Positions 15,143-18,502 of a stretch of 18,502 bases of DNA are shown here, piece by piece. Location: the NCBI GenBank assembly GCA_963624325.1, contig CAVFPH010000042.1:1-18502 (forward strand), written 5' to 3'. Under the pieces are notes generated by a model. The model did no database searches, was not told the origin of the DNA, and saw only the letters and a list, made by a program, of their open reading frames with translations. Position 1 is the first letter of the stretch; each line of letters starts with the position of its first letter. The position numbers and the translations under genes are program-made. Origin of the DNA: a bacterium. GTDB taxonomy: Bacteria; Bacillota; Clostridia; Christensenellales; Aristaeellaceae.

Positions 15143-16714
15143 TCACGTAAAATCCCGCCCCATATCGCAGGTATACAGCCACTCGATCTTATCTCCGTCC
15201 GACAGCTGATATTCGCCGCAGCCGACATTCGGAATTTCGCCGTTTACGCGGTACATCCATCCGGACAGCTCACCAAAGTCAAACTCATAAAGGTGGCAGA
15301 TGCCCGCCACATAGGCAGATGTGCCGCTTCGGCTGTCCAATTGCAGCTTGTTTTCCCGAACGGCTCTTACCAAAACATCGTAAACCGTATCCCCCTGCGA
15401 AATTGCATAAGTTGTTTCCGCAAGGATGATGCCGTTCTCCGGGATATAGCGTGCATCGGTCTGCCCCTTCACGGTGTCGCAGCGGATGGTCAGCATCACA
15501 CTGTCGACGCTCTCTGATGTGTTTGCCGTCGCCGCTGCGTAGTAGTCCGATGCGCTTTCGATGCGCAGGGAGCACAGCACCGCCGCCAGCGCGATGCAGA
15601 TCACCCATACCGCAATATAATTTTTGACGTTCCGTTTTTTTGCAAGGAACAGCAGGAGGCCTGCAAGCAAACCGGCAGCGGCAATCGCAATCACCGCCCA
15701 GGCCTTCCAGCCCGGATGCACAGCAGAAGATGCTGTCTCTGTCGTTTGCGCATCCAGATGATAGAACGCGCCGCGTCCGCTTTGAAAGCGTTCCAGGGCA
15801 ATCAGGGCACTGAGTGCCTGCACGGTTGCTATGCTGCTCTTTTCGCCGTTTTCGGCATGGGAAAAACTGTTGTCCGCCAGCTGATAGCGAAGCATCGCAT
15901 CCGTCACCGTACAGCCGTTTTTGATAAACCTTTCGTCGCTTGCCGGGTCGATATTCAGGGCGCATAGGGCAATGATCACCTGTGCTGCACTTTCGCAGTT
16001 CGGCGTGCCCATGCTGCAGTAACCTCCGCTCTCGGTCTGGATTTTGCTGAGCAGCGCAAGGGCATTGTCAACGGCTGTCCGGACATCATCCGAATCGGAT
16101 GCATAAGGGGCAAGTGCCTGCAGTGCCATTGCCGTTACATCGGCATCCGCCTGTGCCCCCATCACTGCCCAGCCGCCGTCCGAAAGCTGCAGGCTCAGCA
16201 GTCCCGAGATGGCCTGCTCTATTTCTTCATCCGTACTTTCTGGCAGGTTGCTCAGCAGATGCAATCCGTAAATCCAGCTCATAACGCCCTGTCTGCCGAT
16301 ATCCTCGTTTCGTGCGCAGGATACAAAGGGATGATCCGCACGGCCGCAGGCCGCAAGCACCAGGGCCAGTTTCAGCCTTGTCGCCGCGCCTGCAGGCGGC
16401 GATGTTTCCACAAATTGCTGCAGTGCATCGGCATAGGCAGAATAGTCCGGGCCCGATATATACTGATGCAGCGCCAGCACGTACCACTCGGCATTTCCGC
16501 CGATATCCTCACACAAAGCACCATTCAGCCATGCCTGCACACTGTCTGCTCCGTCGGCAGCTTGCTCGGATGCCAGGATTTCGTCAATCCGCTGTGCCTC
16601 CGACGGCGCTGCCGCCTGTCCGCATCCGGCACAAACAAGCAAAAACAGCCCCAGCAAAAGGGCAGCCATGCACCTTTTGCCAAGGCTGAAACGTATTGTT
16701 TGAGCAGTCATCAT
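15143..16714 (-). CDS. Lipoprotein-like surface protein: prenyltransferase/terpene-cyclase-like alpha/alpha-toroid, TM hairpin, C-terminal DUF4430 (transcobalamin-like beta domain)
   Basis: ATGA overlap with the upstream gene. Signal peptide with Cys (LFLLVCAGCGQ). Toroid-repeat motifs LQLSDGGWA and IQTESGGYC. Two TM helices at residues about 336..383, flanking KKRNVKN. The C-terminus carries DUF4430-like LSGWMYRVNGE...LSDGDKIEWLY. Confidence 0.8.
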   Translation of the reverse strand: MMTAQTIRFSLGKRCMAALLLGLFLLVCAGCGQAAAPSEAQRIDEILASEQAADGADSVQAWLNGALCEDIGGNAEWYVLALHQYISGPDYSAYADALQQFVETSPPAGAATRLKLALVLAACGRADHPFVSCARNEDIGRQGVMSWIYGLHLLSNLPESTDEEIEQAISGLLSLQLSDGGWAVMGAQADADVTAMALQALAPYASDSDDVRTAVDNALALLSKIQTESGGYCSMGTPNCESAAQVIIALCALNIDPASDERFIKNGCTVTDAMLRYQLADNSFSHAENGEKSSIATVQALSALIALERFQSGRGAFYHLDAQTTETASSAVHPGWKAWAVIAIAAAGLLAGLLLFLAKKRNVKNYIAVWVICIALAAVLCSLRIESASDYYAAATANTSESVDSVMLTIRCDTVKGQTDARYIPENGIILAETTYAISQGDTVYDVLVRAVRENKLQLDSRSGTSAYVAGICHLYEFDFGELSGWMYRVNGEIPNVGCGEYQLSDGDKIEWLYTCDMGRDFT

Positions 16715-17406
16715 GCCGCCTGCTGATCGGCCTCATCGGCAGCGATCACGCAGCAGGGGGGCACCAGCGTCATGCTTTCACTGGTTGCGCTGACCACATC
16801 GCCCGCGCTGACGGTGATAACGGCCATTCCGTTTTCATCCGTCTTGACGCCGGTGGAAATGCCGTTTACGGTAATTTCCGCATCCGCAACGGGGGAAGCT
16901 ACAGGCGCATAGGTAACAGGATCAAAGCCGATGGCGGAAAGCGTCAGGGTTACTTCGCCGGCAGCTGCGGTGTTCACATCAAAGTAGGTATAGGTATCGG
17001 ACCATGTGACAAGATCGCTGTACACATAGGCCGTTACATAGTCGCCGTCGCTGAGCGCATCGGACAAGCCCATGGCCATGCTGTTGTTGACATAGTAACC
17101 ATAGGAACCGCCGTTTTCAACGCCCCACAGGCGGGTAATCATCAGGCCGTAGCTGCCCATCTCGGCGGTAAATCCCGCCTCGGCGCCGCCTTCAAAGGCA
17201 TCCTCATGCGCCAGATACAGGGCATCGGCGATGGTCAGGGCGCCGTCCTCATCGGCATCGGTCAGGGTTACGGGATGCTGTACCAGCACAAGCCCGTCGC
17301 AGGCGATGGTAACATAAACAGTCGGCGCCGCTTCCTCGGCCACAGCGGCAGGAAGCAAGGACAGCATCAGCATCAGGGCAAGAACAAGGGAAGTTGCTTT
17401 TTTCAT
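16711..17406 (-). CDS. Secreted DUF4430 (transcobalamin-like beta domain) protein with a C-terminal Ig-like/beta-sandwich module
   Basis: RBS AAGGAG. Signal peptide MKKATSLVLALMLMLSLLPAAVA. DUF4430-like pattern VYVTI...TIADAL...ITRLWGVENGGSYGYYVNN...LSDGDYVTAYVY, then EITVNGISTGVKTDENGMAVITV. Confidence 0.8.
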   Translation of the reverse strand: MKKATSLVLALMLMLSLLPAAVAEEAAPTVYVTIACDGLVLVQHPVTLTDADEDGALTIADALYLAHEDAFEGGAEAGFTAEMGSYGLMITRLWGVENGGSYGYYVNNSMAMGLSDALSDGDYVTAYVYSDLVTWSDTYTYFDVNTAAAGEVTLTLSAIGFDPVTYAPVASPVADAEITVNGISTGVKTDENGMAVITVSAGDVVSATSESMTLVPPCCVIAADEADQQAA

Positions 17407-17741
17407 GGTTCATTTTCTCCTTTTTGTATTTCGGATAGCGCGCAGGATGCGCGGAAATCCCGATTTTTCATTTGCTTTTCTATTTTGCACTGCGTGGCGC
17501 GGCGGCGCTGAAGAATGCGCTTTTCCATGCGTTTTTCGCGTCTGTCGGGATCACGCGGCGGCTTGATGCCCGCCGCCTCCAATGCGCGCGGCCACGGGCC
17601 CAGAAAAGCCTTGATCGCCGCCACCTGTTCGGGCAGGAAATCGTCCCTTTTCGGATATCGGCTTTCTCCCCGTGCCGACAGGGTATCGCGCATATCCGTA
17701 AGCAGACGGATGGCGCTGACGCGGTCATACTGCCCCTTCAT
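17403..17741 (-). CDS. Small basic protein with a homing-endonuclease-associated-repeat-like domain; first ORF after the riboswitch
   Basis: Start trimmed to ATG 17741, preceded by GGGAGGA. The segment PKRDDFLPEQVAAIKAFLGPWPRALEAAGIK resembles the HNH_repeat consensus (...FGSW..AL..AGL). Arg/Lys-rich C-terminal half. ATGA overlap with the downstream gene. Confidence 0.55.
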   Translation of the reverse strand: MKGQYDRVSAIRLLTDMRDTLSARGESRYPKRDDFLPEQVAAIKAFLGPWPRALEAAGIKPPRDPDRREKRMEKRILQRRRATQCKIEKQMKNRDFRASCALSEIQKGENEP

Positions 17742-17754
17742 GCATCCTCCCAAT

Positions 17755-17795
17755 AAAAAAGCCGTTCTTCGCCTTTGGCGAGAACAGCGCAACAG
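17755..17795 (-). terminator. Riboswitch expression-platform terminator
   Basis: On the minus strand: GCTGTTCTCGCC-aaa-GGCGAAGAACGGC, an imperfect stem with a one-base bulge, followed by TTTTTT. It sits immediately before the RBS of the first ORF. Confidence 0.6.
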
Positions 17796-17894
17796 CCATG
17801 TCAATCAAGCGCCATCGGCCTTGGCCGAAAAGCGCACAAAACACAGGCGGCTGCGCTTTTCAAAAACCAAAAGCCGCTGGCAGATGCCAGCCTC

Positions 17895-18015
17895 CGCAGG
17901 CATGCTTGGCAAGTATCCCGACTTACGGGCAATCACCCGATCACGGTAATGGTTGTTGCGACGGATTTTCACCGAACTTCCCTCTCATCCGATTTCTCGG
18001 AACCAAGCACGCTGA
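17895..18015 (-). promoter_or_regulatory. Cobalamin riboswitch aptamer (compact form)
   Basis: On the minus strand: AGGGAA (17983..17978), GGTGAAAATCC (17973..17963) and the B12-box-like AGTCGGGATACTTGCC (17923..17908). P1 pairing is TGCTTGG (18009..18003) with CCAAGCA (17909..17903). Confidence 0.75.
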
Positions 18016-18050
18016 ATGTTCAATTGTTTGTCCGCATTGCGGACGCGCAC

Positions 18051-18079
18051 AGTATAGCATGAAAAATTTTTTGCGTCAA
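18051..18079 (-). promoter_or_regulatory. Sigma-A-type promoter of the riboswitch-controlled operon
   Basis: On the minus strand: TTGACG (18079..18074), a 17-nt spacer, then TATACT (18056..18051). Confidence 0.7.
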
Positions 18080-18142
18080 TTAAAATCAAGCAGCCTTGTA
18101 AATGTTGCAAAGCTCGTACCATCCCCAAAGCGGCAGTTGCAT

Positions 18143-18502
18143 CTAATGTGCTTGCTCACCTTTAGAGAAAATCAAACCGAAGCCGATTGTAATTTGCAGC
18201 CAACAGTTTTCACGCTCGACCAGCAGGGGCGCAATATCAACCGAACCGAGAGTGTTGCTACCAATATAGGTCTTGCCAATGCGCCATTCGTAGCCAGCTT
18301 CAGTCAGTGCAGCGTCTATATCATGGGGCAGCCTTCTCTCGTTTTCTTCCTGTAAATTGCTTCGTGTGTACTCTTGACTATCTACTTCATATCACACGTT
18401 CAAAATATTGCTATGTAGCTTTTGCATTTTTTTGATCTCATTGGAATACCGATACATGCTTGTGTCCATGTCCACTATAGCCTTTTCTGATATTTTTTCC
18501 TT
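18143..18502 (-). pseudogene. ORF entering from the window edge, interrupted by one in-frame TGA (candidate pseudogene or two unrelated reading frames)
   Basis: The minus-strand frame reads ...KEKISEKAIVDMDTSMYRYSNEIKKMQKLHSNILNV, then TGA (18394..18392). It continues in the same frame as YEVDSQEYTRSNLQEENERRLPHDIDAALTEAGYEWRIGKTYIGSNTLGSVDIAPLLVERENCWLQITIGFGLIFSKGEQAH to TAG (18145..18143). The second part has no start codon. The region is clearly AT-richer. Confidence 0.35.

Noticed and set aside
17798-18355. 185-aa plus-strand ORF across the riboswitch and promoter region (also 17515..17949 and 17775..18062)
   Set aside because: They overlap the minus-strand cobalamin riboswitch motifs, its promoter and the small-protein gene. 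They have no RBS and a low-complexity Arg/Pro/Ala composition.
18392-18394. TGA as selenocysteine or reassigned sense codon
   Set aside because: TGA clearly terminates several well-supported genes in this window, for example at 877..879, 2743..2745, 12653..12655 and 15143..15145. I saw no obvious SECIS-like hairpin immediately downstream. A nonsense mutation is the simpler explanation.
1-18502. CRISPR arrays, tRNA or rRNA genes, IS elements or integrases, prophage genes
   Set aside because: Visual scanning on both strands found none of the following: regularly spaced direct repeats, cloverleaf-like conserved tRNA motifs, rRNA-like conserved stretches, or ORFs with transposase or integrase motifs. 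The only notable dispersed repeat is the 23-nt hairpin reported above.

Overview
Window from a GC-rich, Firmicutes/Clostridia-like chromosome. The taxon is inferred from gene content, GGAGG-type ribosome-binding sites (RBS) and sigma-A-like promoters. I call 18 coding regions plus one interrupted ORF. I saw no rRNA, tRNA, CRISPR array, transposase or integrase.

Layout, left to right:
1. 3' part of a YesM/LytS-type sensor kinase.
2. A secreted Cthe_2159-type beta-helix protein translationally coupled to a phosphodiester-glycosidase (NAGPA/DUF2233) protein, followed by a small membrane protein.
3. An AT-richer orphan secreted protein, divergent from a cupin gene.
4. A LysR regulator followed by an exported flavin reductase (two FMN_bind domains plus an FAD domain). 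This cassette is bracketed by an identical 23-nt hairpin repeat.
5. A tightly packed three-gene operon with its own promoter. It encodes a MotA/ExbB/ZorA-like channel with a roughly 340-aa C-terminal helical tail, a MotB-like protein with a long coiled coil and an OmpA-like domain, and a small membrane-anchored protein. There is no flagellar, Tol/Ton or known Zorya effector context. This is my top candidate for an undescribed system.
6. A six-gene operon behind a strong promoter and a compact cobalamin riboswitch. It encodes a small basic protein with a homing-endonuclease-repeat-like domain, a secreted DUF4430 protein, a lipoprotein combining an alpha/alpha-toroid with DUF4430 (transcobalamin-like, split by a TM hairpin), and a dedicated ECF transporter (T, fused A1A2, S).
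7. An AT-rich right edge holding an ORF interrupted by an in-frame TGA.

All family assignments come from motif recognition by eye, not from database searches.
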